A stretch of DNA of 64,000 nucleotides from an uncultured Gemmatimonadales bacterium (GCA_963783385.1 CAWANJ010000006.1:160001-224000), one strand, 5' to 3'. Numbered from the stretch's first letter, positions 52,364-63,399 are shown. Translations and numbers: made by a program. The notes: generated by a model not told the origin, from the letters alone.

Positions 52364-53026
52364 GGCCGTAGCCCTCCTCCAGCTCGGGATGTCGCTCCAG
52401 GATCCGGGGACGGATCGAGCGGCGGGCCCGGAGCAACGTCACGCGCACGGTCGAGGGACTGAGCTCGAGGGCCTCGGCCACCTCCGCCGGGGAGTCGGCC
52501 CTGCAGGTCCACCAGGTCGAACACCTGCCGCTGGCGATCGGGCAGCTCTCGGAAGAAGACCCGCACCAGGCCAGCCACGTCGCGTGCGTACAGGGCGTCG
52601 ATGCCGTCCGCCCGGTCACTGTTCGCCGCCGGCGCACCGGCCGTCCCGCCGACCGGCGCCGCCCTCTCGCGGAATCCCTCCAGCGACACGATCCTGGCAT
52701 TCCGGCCCCGCTCCAGCGTCGTCGCCTCGTTCATGGTGATCCGGTACAGCCACGTCTCCAGCCGCGCTTCGCCCCGGTAGTCCCCCAGGTGCTCGTGGGC
52801 GCGAATCAGGACATGCTGCACGACGTCGTCCGCCGCGGCCGGGTCGCCGGTGCGCACCACGGCCCAGCGGCGGAGGAGCGGCTCGACGACGACGAGCCAG
52901 CTGTCCGAACGCCTCCTCGTCGCCCCCGCGCGCCCTGTTCGCGAGATCGGCCAGGGGGACCTCGCCCGGCAGCGGATCGCTCAGTCGTCGCTCCCTTTCC
53001 GGGTTCGGGCTCCGCGTGCGAGCCAT
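52353..53026 (-). CDS. ECF RNA polymerase sigma factor (frameshifted)
   Basis: GDEEAFGQL, AADDVVQHVLI, TWLYRITMN, LPDRQRQVF, STVRVTLLRAR. Confidence 0.88.
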
Positions 53027-53186
53027 GAGACGCGGCCGGGGCCCCGAGCGTTTACTCGGGTCGGTTCGGGCTTGTCTCCCGTGCGCCGCAGGGCGTAGAC
53101 TGTGCGGGCGATTTCCCGTTCCGGGACGCGGCCGGATGTCGGCCGCCGTCGCCCGGCCGGACCGCTCACTCCATGGGAGACCCGTG

Positions 53187-53351
53187 ATGGCCACGTACGA
53201 GGTTCACTACAAGGACGGAACGGTGGAAACGGTCGAGGCGGATCGGCTGGCTCCCACCAAAGACGGCAAGCACTACGTCCTCCTGGACCCGGACGAGGAG
53301 ATCGTGGGTTACATCCCCTGCTCCGAGATCCGCAAGGTGCTCAAGGCCTGA
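53187..53351 (+). CDS. Small hypothetical protein
   Basis: GGGAG RBS; MATYEVHYKDGTVETVEAD.. with strongly biased codon usage. Confidence 0.6.
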   Translation: MATYEVHYKDGTVETVEADRLAPTKDGKHYVLLDPDEEIVGYIPCSEIRKVLKA

Positions 53352-53402
53352 CGCCGCCCCCCGGGGCAGCGCGCGCGTGCGCGCGCCGCTCCGGGCGTGG
53401 CG

Positions 53403-53620
53403 CTAGCGCCGGGAGAGCAGGTTGAGGAGCACCGTCAGCAGCGACGCTGAGGAGGATCATCCAGCCCAGCGGCACGTAGACGGTCCAGCCCTCGCCCCGC
53501 CACACGATGTCGCCCGGCAGGTGGCCGAGCCCCAGACGGCCGGCCAGGATCAGCAGGAGGCCCAGCGCCGCCATGGCCAGGCCGACGAGCAGCAGCACCC
53601 TGCCCGAGCTGGCCGATCAC
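53403..53620 (-). CDS. DUF2905 family membrane protein (frameshifted)
   Basis: LGHLPGDI..VYVPLGWMILLS motif. Confidence 0.75.
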
Positions 53621-54470
53621 GCACCGTCCCCGCTCGTCCGTCCCGCAGGATACGCCACGGATGGGTGTAGACGTTCAGACGGTCCCCCCGGGCGAAGCCC
53701 GCGGCGGTGATGCCGAGATCATCGGCCATCTCGAGCGCGAGTCCCGTCGGCGCCGACTTCGACACCACCACCGGACAGCCCATCTTCACCACCTTGAGCA
53801 CGATCTCGGAGGAGATCCGCCCGCTGAACACCACGAGCCGCTCTCCGAGCTCGAGGCCCGAGCGCAGCGCCCACCCGTACAGCTTGTCGAGCGTGTTGTG
53901 GCGACCGATGTCCGTCCGCACGACCTCCAGCCGCCCCCCGGCCGCAAGGCCCGCGTTGTGGACGCCGCCGGTGCGCCCGAACACGGGCGAGGCGGCCTGC
54001 AGCTCCTCCATGAGCCGCAGGCAGGTGGCCGGATCGAGGCGCAGGTCGGACTCCACGCGCCGGGCCGTGCGGGCGTCGTTGGCCAGGTAGAAGCCGGTGC
54101 GGCTCTTCCCGCAACAGGACCCGACATACCGCTTCCCGAACATCGCCTGCTCCAGCTCGGCGTCGCGCTCGGGCGCCTCCACGACCACGCGTCCGCGCTC
54201 GGCATCCAGGAAGAAGCGGTCGATCGTCTCCCCGCGGCGCAGGATTCCCTCCGCGGTCAGGAAGCCGAGCGCGAGATCCTCCAGGTGAGAGGGGGAGCAG
54301 ACCAGGGTGGCGAGCTCGCGGTCGTTGACGACCAGGGTGAGGGGGTGCTCGGCGGCCACCTCCTCCGACCCCCGTTCCACGCGGGCGCCTCCCTCCTCCA
54401 CCCTCCAGGCCTCATGAGCGGAGGTGAGCGGCCCATCGTCCTCCGGGACGCGTGTACGCTCGGTCGCCAT
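53550..54470 (-). CDS. fdhD: Formate dehydrogenase accessory sulfurtransferase
   Basis: EHPLTL, LALGFL, GSCCG, TGGVH, DIGRHNTLDKL, SGRISSEIV. Confidence 0.92.
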   Translation of the reverse strand: MATERTRVPEDDGPLTSAHEAWRVEEGGARVERGSEEVAAEHPLTLVVNDRELATLVCSPSHLEDLALGFLTAEGILRRGETIDRFFLDAERGRVVVEAPERDAELEQAMFGKRYVGSCCGKSRTGFYLANDARTARRVESDLRLDPATCLRLMEELQAASPVFGRTGGVHNAGLAAGGRLEVVRTDIGRHNTLDKLYGWALRSGLELGERLVVFSGRISSEIVLKVVKMGCPVVVSKSAPTGLALEMADDLGITAAGFARGDRLNVYTHPWRILRDGRAGTVRDRPARAGCCCSSAWPWRRWASC

Positions 54471-54553
54471 CGTCCCGAAGCTACCCCGCCGGCCCGCCCG
54501 CGAGCCAGCGCCGTCCCTTTGCCCCGGGCGGCGCGGCCGCCTACCGTGCGGAC

Positions 54554-55267
54554 ATGATGGCCGAGGACGGAACGCCCGTGCGCCGCGGCTCCTTCGTCGT
54601 CCTCGCGGGTGGCGCCAGCCGCCGGATGGGCCGGGACAAGGCTCGGATCCCGGTGGGCGGCGCTCCCCTCCTGCTGCGCGTCCTGGAGACCGGCCGCCGA
54701 GCCTGCCTGGAGGGGATCCTGGTCACCGACCGGCCGGGGCGCTACGCGGACCTCCTCGCGGAGCAGGACCCGGGAGGTTGGCCGCTGCGCGCCGTGACCG
54801 ACCGGCGGCCCGGCCGGGGACCGCTGGCCGGACTCGAGGCGGGCCTGGCCGCCGCCGCCGAGTCCGCCTGCTTCGTGGCCGCCTGCGACCTGCCCGACCT
54901 GGATCCCGCCCTCGTGGCGGGCCTCCTGGGCGCCCTCGAGGCGGACGTGCCGTCCGCTGGCGCGAAGGGTGCCAATGCCTACGTCGACGTGGGCCGCCCG
55001 CGAGCCGTCGTCCCCGTGCGGGACGGACGGGACCAGCCCCTGTGCGCCGCCTACGAGCGGCGCGCGGCCCGCGAGGCCACGACCTGCCTGGACGCGGGCC
55101 GCTCGAGGGTCGACGCCTTCCTGGACCGCCTGGCCGTCCTCCGTCTCGCGGAAGCCGAGCTCGAGGCGCTGGTCGGAAGGGCGGACGCGGCGGCCTGGAC
55201 GCTGGACCTGGACCGCCCGGAGGAGCTGGAGGAGGCCCGCCGCCGACTCGACGATCCCATGCCGTAG
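54554..55267 (+). CDS. mobA: Molybdenum cofactor guanylyltransferase
   Basis: LAGGASRRMGRDKA, GPLAGL, ACDLP, QPLCAAY. Confidence 0.9.
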   Translation: MMAEDGTPVRRGSFVVLAGGASRRMGRDKARIPVGGAPLLLRVLETGRRACLEGILVTDRPGRYADLLAEQDPGGWPLRAVTDRRPGRGPLAGLEAGLAAAAESACFVAACDLPDLDPALVAGLLGALEADVPSAGAKGANAYVDVGRPRAVVPVRDGRDQPLCAAYERRAAREATTCLDAGRSRVDAFLDRLAVLRLAEAELEALVGRADAAAWTLDLDRPEELEEARRRLDDPMP

Positions 55268-55329
55268 GCAGACGGGCGCGGCACTCCCTGAGATTCACGG
55301 ACCTGAAGCGACGTTTCCGGAGGAATACG

Positions 55330-55857
55330 ATGAGCGAGAAGAAGCTCCAGGTGGAGCTCGAGCTGGTGGAAGGCTTCGAGTTCCGCGTACGGTTCGACGA
55401 CGCGTGGGAAGAGCTGATCATGGACGAGCCCGAGCCGCTCGGAGAGGACCGCGGCCCGAACGCCGCCCGGGTCCTGTCGGCCGCCGTGGGCAACTGCCTG
55501 AGCGCCAGCCTCCTGTTCTGCCTGCAGAAGTCGAAAGTCCGGCCGGCCGGGCTCAAGACCGCGGTGAGCACCTCGGTGGAGCGGAACGAGCGCGGACGGC
55601 TCCGGATCGCCGAGACGTCGGTGCACATCCACCTGGCCCTCGGTGACGAGGATCGCGACCGGGTGGCCCGCTGCATGGAGCTGTTCGAGGACTACTGCAT
55701 CGTCACCCAGAGCGTGCGCCGGGGACTCGACGTCGACGTCACCGTGTACGACCAGGATGGACGCGAGCTGCACCGGTCCGGCGACGGGGCGGCCCCGGAG
55801 GCTCCCGAGGAGGCCCCGGAGGAAGAGGCGAAGGCGGCGGCTCCCGAGAAGGCGTAG
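55330..55857 (+). CDS. OsmC family protein
   Basis: DEPEPLG..GPNA..AVGNCLSASL; FEDYCIVTQSV (two Cys). Confidence 0.85.
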   Translation: MSEKKLQVELELVEGFEFRVRFDDAWEELIMDEPEPLGEDRGPNAARVLSAAVGNCLSASLLFCLQKSKVRPAGLKTAVSTSVERNERGRLRIAETSVHIHLALGDEDRDRVARCMELFEDYCIVTQSVRRGLDVDVTVYDQDGRELHRSGDGAAPEAPEEAPEEEAKAAAPEKA

Positions 55858-55893
55858 CGCCTTCCCCGGAGGGCCCGGGCGGGCGGCCCACCG

Positions 55894-56460
55894 CTACGTC
55901 GAGAGCGGCCCCGGGGAGACCAGCGGCCGTGAGCCCGGCGGGGCGAGGTCGGGGACGAGGAGCCCGGGGCGCTCGAGGCCGGTCTTGTGCTCCGCGCCGG
56001 CCGGCGGGGGTGTCCAGCCGGGTCGGATCTCGGGATGGTGGATCTCCCCGCCCAGCTCCGCCGCCCAGGCGGTGATCCCGGACGCCACCAAAGCCAGGAC
56101 CCACACGCCGAGGAGGGGCCCGCGTCGGATCGGGCCGCCGCGCCGCTGCCACAGGATCCACGCGGACGCGGCTGCCAGGACCAGGAGGCCGATCAGCACC
56201 CACAGCGCCGCATCCTCGTGGCGGTGGATGGCGGCACGGCTGATCCCGGGCATGTTCTCCACGACGTCCTGAGCCTCGTCCCCGAGGAGGTAGACCGGGA
56301 TCGCCATCAGACCCGCGCCCACGAAGGTCCACAGGCCCGCCAGGGCGATCCCCTCTCGCCTCCACAGGAGCCACAGGGTGAGGAGCCCCGTGCCCACGAA
56401 CACCCCCACGATCGGGAAGTGATTGAGCATAATGTGGAGGTGCGCGGCGTTCAGGTTCAT
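55894..56460 (-). CDS. DUF2231-like membrane protein
   Basis: AHLHIMLNHFPIVG, AIHRHE, LGGEIHHPEIR. Confidence 0.65.
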   Translation of the reverse strand: MNLNAAHLHIMLNHFPIVGVFVGTGLLTLWLLWRREGIALAGLWTFVGAGLMAIPVYLLGDEAQDVVENMPGISRAAIHRHEDAALWVLIGLLVLAAASAWILWQRRGGPIRRGPLLGVWVLALVASGITAWAAELGGEIHHPEIRPGWTPPPAGAEHKTGLERPGLLVPDLAPPGSRPLVSPGPLST

Positions 56461-56648
56461 GACTCCTCCTCGCATGGAACGGGCTCGTGGTCCGGGCCTA
56501 CCGTCCGCCGTCCGCGTGCCCGCGTGTCGCTCCCGCATGACCCCAACGTGCACGCATCGCGCCAGTTCGGATCCGGCCGGGGCGAGGGACGGTATAAGTC
56601 ACGCGACAGTCGTTCCCGATGCGTCCCCGCAGGACCCCGGAGGCCCTC

Positions 56649-57377
56649 ATGGCTGACCGCCGTGCGCGCACGCTCGCCGGTACCCTGTCCCTCGCCGCGC
56701 TCCTCGCGATCGCCGGAGCGGCGCCCCTCGCCGCCCAGGGACGCGGCTTCGGGCCGGTTCGCGGCCGGCTGGGCATTGGCGCCGACCTCGCGCTCCCCGT
56801 GGGGCAGTTCCACCAGTACGTCGACAACGGGTTCGGGGTGCGCGGCTTCGGCCTCCTCGCCCTGGACCCCTACGGCATCCTGGGCCTGCGGCTGGACGGC
56901 AGCTACGTCGTGTACGGGCACCAGAGCCGGGTCGTGCCGCTTAGCCCCACGGTGCCGCTCATCGACGTGCGCGTGAACACCGACAACCAGATCGTGTTCG
57001 GCTCGCTGGGACCGCAGCTCACCTTCCCGATCGGTCCGGTGCGTCCCTTCCTCCGGGGCGGCGTGGGCGTGTCCTACTTCGTGACCACCAGCTCCGTGAA
57101 GGGGACCTCGAACACGTCCTCCTTCGCCCAGACGACCAATTTCCACGACACCCGCCTCGCGCTGGAGGGCGGGGGAGGCCTGTGGATCCACCTGGGTGGG
57201 AGCAAGACGCCGATCGACCTCTCCCTGGAGGCGACCTACGTGCACAACGGCCGCGCGCGCTACCTGCGCAGGGAGAGCATCGTCGAGCAGCCGGACGGCT
57301 CGGTGACCATCACGCCGGTGCGGAGCGGGGCCAACCTGGTGACGCTGAACCTGGGGGTCGTGTTCGGGATCCGGTGA
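56649..57377 (+). CDS. Outer-membrane beta-barrel domain protein
   Basis: Signal peptide, amphipathic strands, VRPFLRGGVG, terminal GVVF. Confidence 0.65.
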   Translation: MADRRARTLAGTLSLAALLAIAGAAPLAAQGRGFGPVRGRLGIGADLALPVGQFHQYVDNGFGVRGFGLLALDPYGILGLRLDGSYVVYGHQSRVVPLSPTVPLIDVRVNTDNQIVFGSLGPQLTFPIGPVRPFLRGGVGVSYFVTTSSVKGTSNTSSFAQTTNFHDTRLALEGGGGLWIHLGGSKTPIDLSLEATYVHNGRARYLRRESIVEQPDGSVTITPVRSGANLVTLNLGVVFGIR

Positions 57378-57450
57378 GCGGTGCCGCACGGCCGGCCGCA
57401 CCCGGGGTCACGGGCCGGCCACCGAATGCGGTCCGGCCGCCCGCGTCGGC

Positions 57451-58665
57451 CTACCCGCCTCCGAAGCGCACGCCGCGGCGCTCGCGGCCCAGGCCGGCTA
57501 CAACGGCTCCGAGCACCAAGACCACGCCCGCGGACACGGCCATCGAGCGCGCGTAGGTGAGGTGCTCGGCCACCCGGGACTGGATCCAGGGCATGAAGCC
57601 CGCCAGCCCGGCGCCGCACTGGTACGCGAAGCCCGGGAAGAATCCGCGCAGCGCGTCCGGCGACAGCTCGTTGATGTGCGCGGGAATGATGCCCCAGGCG
57701 CCCTGCACCATGAACTGCATCAGGAAGCCCCGCGATCCACAGGGGCGCGTGGACGGCGCGAGCACCCACAGCGGGATGCACGACGGCGCAGGAGCAGGGC
57801 GCCGACGATCGCGCGGCGGCGTCCGATGCGGTCGGACAAGTACCCGAAGAGCAGCCCGCCGAAGATCGCGCCCACCATCGAGATCATCGTGATGCGCGGC
57901 CAGCTCGGGGCTGAAGTGCCGGTCGCGCTGCAGGAAGGTCGGATACATGTCCTGCGTGCCGTGGGAGATCGCGGTCATGATGGTCATGAGGAGGGCGAGG
58001 TAGAGGAACAGCTTCCAGTTGGCGGGGATCTCCCCGACAGGTCCGCCACGTGGTGTGCCGCGACTCGTGCCACGCGTCGGTCTCCTTGACCTTCGAGCGC
58101 ACGAACAGCGTGAGGAGCGCGGGCAGGCCGCCGATGAAGAACATCGGCCGCCAGCCGAAGTGCGGGAAGACCACGAAGTAGCAGCGGCGGCCAGGAGGTA
58201 GCCGAACGCGTAGCCCTCCTGCAGCAGTCCCGACAGGATGCCGCGCCGCCGCACCGGCACGCTCTCCATGACCAGCGACGCGCCCACGCCCCACTCGCCG
58301 CCCATGCCGATCCCGAACAGGACCCGCAGGACCAAGAACGTCCCGTAGTTCGGCGCGAGCCCGCAGCACCTCGATGACCGAGAAGAAGAGGATGTCGATG
58401 ATCAGCGGCCGCCGCCGCCCGTAGCGGTCGGCCATGAGGCCGAAGATGAACGCGCCGACCGGGCGGAGGCGAGGCTGAGGGGGAGCGTCAGCGCGATGGC
58501 CGGCACCGAGCGGCCGAAGTCGTTGCCACCTGGCGCGAGCGCGAACACGAGCAGGAAGAAGTCGAAGGCGTCGAGCGTCCAGCCGAGGAAGCCGGCCAGG
58601 ACGGCCGGCCCGTGGTCCGGGGCGCCGCGAACGGCCGCGGGGGCCGAATAGAGCTTCGATTCCAT
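57451..58665 (-). CDS. MFS transporter, SHS (NanT/JEN1-like) family (frameshifted)
   Basis: GWTLDAFDFF, DRYGRR, GIGMGGEW, SHGTQDMYPT, GAWGIIPAHINELSP. Confidence 0.88.
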
Positions 58666-59173
58666 GTCCGCTCCGGTGCGGTCGACGGAGGGCCCAGACC
58701 CGGCTCGGGGCCCGACCCGTGGCCGGGCCGGGGTGTGGGCTTGCCGAGTCTATCGTAATCGCTTCAGGTCTCTGTCGTGATCCCGGCGCCGCTAGAGGCT
58801 GTTGGACTCTTGGACTTTCTGCCGACATGCTGTCGTATTGTAATCTACGGCCATCGCGGATGCGAGGCCCAAGACAGGCGGTGGCGCATCAAGAGCAGAG
58901 GTCCATCACGTTGTACATTGGTTGACTGATTCACCGATCGCGGAAGATCCAAGCTCCGGGTGCTGCTACGTAACAGTCGAGCGATTGGGCTGACGACCCA
59001 TGGTAACTGCGAGCAACGTTCTCGCCGGCGAGGACGCCGTCGGGCATCACAGAGGACCGTGTAGCGAGACGCCGTACTCTGTCGGTCTGGAGACACCCAG
59101 TTTTACGCATCGGGATTAACGCTGCCGAGGTTGGCAGCAGACTCCGCGTCGACCATAGACGCCGAGGGAACCG

Positions 59174-60493
59174 ATGGCGAAGCTGGGAAAGGAGCAGGTC
59201 ATGGTGGCCAGGCAGATGATCCGGAACGGCCAGGTGTCGATCCGTCAGGTGGCGCGGCAGCTCGGCGTGACCGAGGGGGCCCTCCGCTACCGTCTCCGGA
59301 AGGGGGAAGCCGGGCCGGCCGTGGACGGCCGGTGGCTCCAGCCGACCGCGGTGGGTGGGCTGGAGGAGGCGGTCGGAGCGATCCTGGAGCGGCTGGGGTG
59401 CTTCCGGGTGACCGGGGAGGGCCGGCCGGTGCAGGCGCGGACGGTGTGCGAGTCCTGCGCCGGGACTACACCTACGAGGGAAGCTACCAGGCCGTAGTGC
59501 GGCACCTGAGGCGGCGCTACGGGGCGCGGCCGGTGCGGGCGCTGCGCCGGGTGGAGACGGCGCCGGGGGTGCAGGCCCAGCACGACTGGTTTGACGTCCA
59601 GACCCGGATACGGGGCGAGCCGGCGAAGCTCTCGGCCCTGGTGGGGACGCTCTCGCACAGCCGGGCGCGCTTCGCGTGGCTGAGCCGGACTCAGACGCAG
59701 CTGGCCCGGCAGACCGGCCACCTCGAGCTCTTCCGCCGCTACGGCGGGGTGCCGCTGTGGGTCCGGATCGACAATCTGAAGACCGGGGTGGCCCGGGGCG
59801 CGGCCCGACGGCGGTCCTCAACCCGAGCTACCGGGTCTTCCGCCCGCACCTGCGGCTTCCAGGTCGACCCGTGCCGGCCGGCCAAAGGCTCGGACAAGGG
59901 AAAGACCGAGCGTACGGTCCGCACCTTCCGGGACGTCTTCGGCGATCTCTTCCGGTCGGACTCAAGGGAACTGGAGATCTTGCAGGAGGCGGTCGACGAG
60001 CGCGCGCGCCGGGTGGCCGAGCGGCTCCGCTGCCCGGCCACGGGGACCACGGTGGCCGAGGCGCACCAGGCCGAGCGCTTCGTCCTCCAGCCGGTGCCCG
60101 AGACCTGCGAGCCCTTCGACGTGGTGGTCGCGCGCCGGGTGAGCCGCGACTGCCTGGTCGCCTTCGAGGGTCGCCGCTATAGCGTGCCCTTCCCCTGGGT
60201 CGGCCGGGACGTGGAGGTCATGGGCACCCTGGCCCACGTCGTCGTGCGGGGCGCAGGCGAGGTGATCGCCCGCCATCCGCGGGTACGCGGGCGCTCCTGG
60301 TGATCGACCCGGGCCACACGAAGGGAGCTCGACGGACCGGGTGCTCCGGCCGACGCCGGTCGGCCACAGGGCCCGGCTCCAGCTGGCGGGTCTCTCGGCG
60401 CCCTCGCTCAGCCACTTCTACCTCCTGCCGGAGCCGGCCGAGGTCGTGCGGCCCATCGACACGTACGCCCGGCTGGTGGAGGCCGTCCGATGA
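59174..60493 (+). CDS. istA: IS21 transposase (frameshifted)
   Basis: VETAPGVQAQHDW, IDNLKTGV, KGKTER, RRYSVP. Confidence 0.9.
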
Positions 60494-61322
60494 GCGCCCG
60501 GCCGAAGGTGGACCTGGACGGCCTCGCCCGGAAGTGCGAGGCGCTGAGGCTCCTCCACATCGCCGAGTCCCTGCCCGAGGTGGTCGAGACGGGCACGCGC
60601 GAGAACATGACCCCGATCCACTTCCTCGAGGAGGTCCTCACCCGGGAGCTCACTGGAAGACCGAGCGCCGCATCGCCACCTCGCTGCGGCTCTCGGGCCT
60701 GCCGACCGGCAAGACGCTCGAGAACTTTGACTGGGCCTTCCAGCCCCGCGTCGACCGCTCCAAGGTCGAGGCCCTGGCCACCTGCGCCTTCCTGCGCGAG
60801 AGGGAGAACGTCCTCTTCCTCGGCCCGCCCGGCGTCGGGAAGAGTCACCTGGCCGCCGCCCTCGGGGTCAAGGCCATCAAGAACGGCTTCTCGGTCACCC
60901 ACTTCCTGCTGGACGACCTCATGCACGCCCTCCGGCAGGACGCGGCCGTGCCCCCGGGCCGCCTGCGCTCGAAGCGCTACATGAGCTCCGCTCTCCTCCT
61001 CGTCGACGAGGTGGGCTTTCGGCCCCTGGACCGCCACGAGGCCAACATCCTCTTCCGCCTCGTCTCCGCCCGCTACGAGAAGGGCTCGGTGGTCCTCACC
61101 TCCAACAAGCACGTCCGGGACTGGCCGGAGATCTTCGCCGGGGACGAGGTCCTCACCACCGCCATCCTCGACCGGCTCCTCCACCACGTCCACGTCGTCC
61201 ACATCGACGGGCGTAGCTACCGGCTCCGGGAGATCGGTGAGCTCCTCCAGCCGACCACGGCGTCCCCACCTCCACGGAAAGGAGGCGTCAGGCAGCCCGC
61301 TCTCTCGAGCCCGGGTGCGTAA
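60490..61322 (+). CDS. istB: IS21 helper ATPase (frameshift near 60655)
   Basis: GPPGVGKSHLA, LLVDEVG, LTSNK, AILDRLLHH. Confidence 0.93.
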
Positions 61323-61620
61323 AAATGGATGTCTCCAGACTGCGTAAAACTGGGTGTCTCTTGACAGACCGCGCGCCGATCGAGCCAGACGCCCAGATTC
61401 CAGCGGTCCCACAGGCGCATCAGCAACACCGGGCCGCGCGCGTCGGTCAGCTACCGGGCGCCGTGGAGGGGCCTCAGGGGAGCCGGGTCGCTTTGCAAAT
61501 GGAGCCGGGAACGAATACGATGGCTTCGCACCCGCTGGATGACCTTCGTCTCGGGGACCGTTCATGCCCGGCCACCCCACAACGTGGGCACTTGGCGGGT
61601 GCATTCCATCCCCCAATGCG

Positions 61621-62879
61621 TCACTCGGCGCAGGATCCAGGGCGAGCGACCTGCCCCACTCCATCTCGGTCGATGCACAGAATTTCCAGGAACTCTGCGT
61701 CCAGAGCGTCCCTACCCTTCAGGACTACTAGATGACTCGACCCTGCCACCACAGTGGCAGGAGCCGGCAGTTCGAGATCGCCAAGAACCTTCCCTCTTGA
61801 GCCGAGTAATACCCACTCCGCGCTATCTGTGGAGACGTGGGGAGTGCGGCGGACCCAGATGGTATGATCAGAACCCACGACGATCGCATTATAATCTGGG
61901 AGAACGTGACTCACCGGAGTCACGCGGACGACGCGGTCGTATGCCGCACCAACCCTACCTCGATCAGCTTTAGAAATCACAGTGCGCAGCAGCGTCATCT
62001 GTTTACGGACATCATGTTTGAGTCTCTCACGCTCCCGCTCGATGTCCTCGTCGGTGGCAATCTCCCGCCGGGTGCTCAGCGCCACCGCCGGCAACGTGTC
62101 GCCGTGCATGTCCACTCGCTCCCACTGTAAGGAGTCACTCCTACCTACCCAGAGCGTCTTCCCCACTACTACAGAGCGTGTCCGCGGCCCCAGAATTACG
62201 TCCTGGTAGAACGCGTCTTTTCCCTCGGTAATGAACCATGCCTGCGGATTAGATCGGCGCGCCACTACGTGCTGTGTTCCAGAGTCAGCATCGAAGAAGA
62301 CATAAGTCGTCGTATCGAAGACGGCCATTCTCTGTTGGCCGGTCCGACGGCTCACTCGCCGGCCTCGGTCGCTGAACACGGCGGAACATCCGGAGACAAA
62401 TCCCACTAGGTTAGGCCGCAGCTGGAAAAGCCGGCGAGTGAGGGACTCCGGGTACCGAGGACGCGTCCATCAGCAGTCAGGTGGGTAATCCGGGTAAGCT
62501 GTATATCCCAAATGCAGAGCCCGGCGGTCGAGTCAAAAGCGATGTCCCGAATAGCCTCGAACATGCCGGGACCGGCGCCGCGTCCACCAAGGCTGCGCAG
62601 GAACCTGCCGTCCGTGGTGAACATCTCCACCTTCTGGGTAGCCTCGTCGGTCACGGCAAGTAGACTATCACCGAAGGTTGCAACCCCTCGGATCCGGCCA
62701 AATGCCGCAGGACCCTTTGCCGCCGCGCCCCCGATGTTCGCTATCTTCCGGTAGGACAGCACGGGCAGTTCCGGACTCTCTCGGCTCTGGGTAGGTTTCG
62801 AGGGTGCACAGGCCATGGCGGCGATTCCAAAGAGAGCGGCCAAGGCGAATGAGTCAACCGCGCGTAGGGAGAGGCTCAC
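61621..62879 (-). CDS. 6-bladed beta-propeller lipoprotein (frameshift near 62410), lower GC
   Basis: Lipobox AMAC; FTTDGRFLRSLGGRGAGPGMF; GSDHTIWVRR..WVLLGSRGKVLG. Confidence 0.7.
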
Positions 62880-63399
62880 GAGATCACTTCCAAGGGGTTA
62901 GTCTGAGGAAGCCTTTTAGTCACAAGGGCGAGAAGCCACACTCCGCCTAGACGCAGGAAAATGTCGAGTCCGCCCATCGCGGGCGCACGAAGCGTCGAGA
63001 GAATGCCATTCCGACTGTGGCCATTCGACGACCTGTGAACCCACACTTTACGCACCCTAAGTCCGACACAATGCAGAAGCTGGGGAAACGCAGCAGAGCG
63101 TAAGCTCCCGCGGCGCATGACTCGGTTGAGTCCGGCCGATGCAACATACCCGCAAGTTCTCCGATAGATAGACCCGGACACGCCGGCTGGCTCTGCCACT
63201 CGACTTCTTGCGGTTGCATCCGAACTGCAAAGGCAGCAGAAGACATCGGGGAGTGTAAGGAAGTTAGCCGCAGATTACGCCAACTCCTTGGCTTACGTCA
63301 TTGCAGGTCCACGAAGCGCAACCGTTGCTACAAAGGAGGAAGCTACACCCCCCTCCACCGCACACGTCACACGAACCTGCAGAGCCGGACGTGCAGACC

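Larger units (their letters stand above)
59060..61366 (+). mobile_element. IS21-family insertion sequence, full length
   Basis: TGT..ACA ends with repeated GAGACACCCAGTTTTACGCA-type units; 5-bp target duplication GACCG (59055-59059 / 61367-61371); istA and istB inside. Confidence 0.93.

Noticed and set aside
59060-61366. Repeated ~25-bp units as a CRISPR or iteron array
   Set aside because: They are the subterminal transposase-binding repeats of IS21; no CRISPR array or cas gene was seen in the window
62876-63246. Two overlapping small minus-strand ORFs upstream of the second propeller
   Set aside because: No signal peptide or RBS and no similarity to the 15.5-16.3 kb peptides, so they are not called as genes
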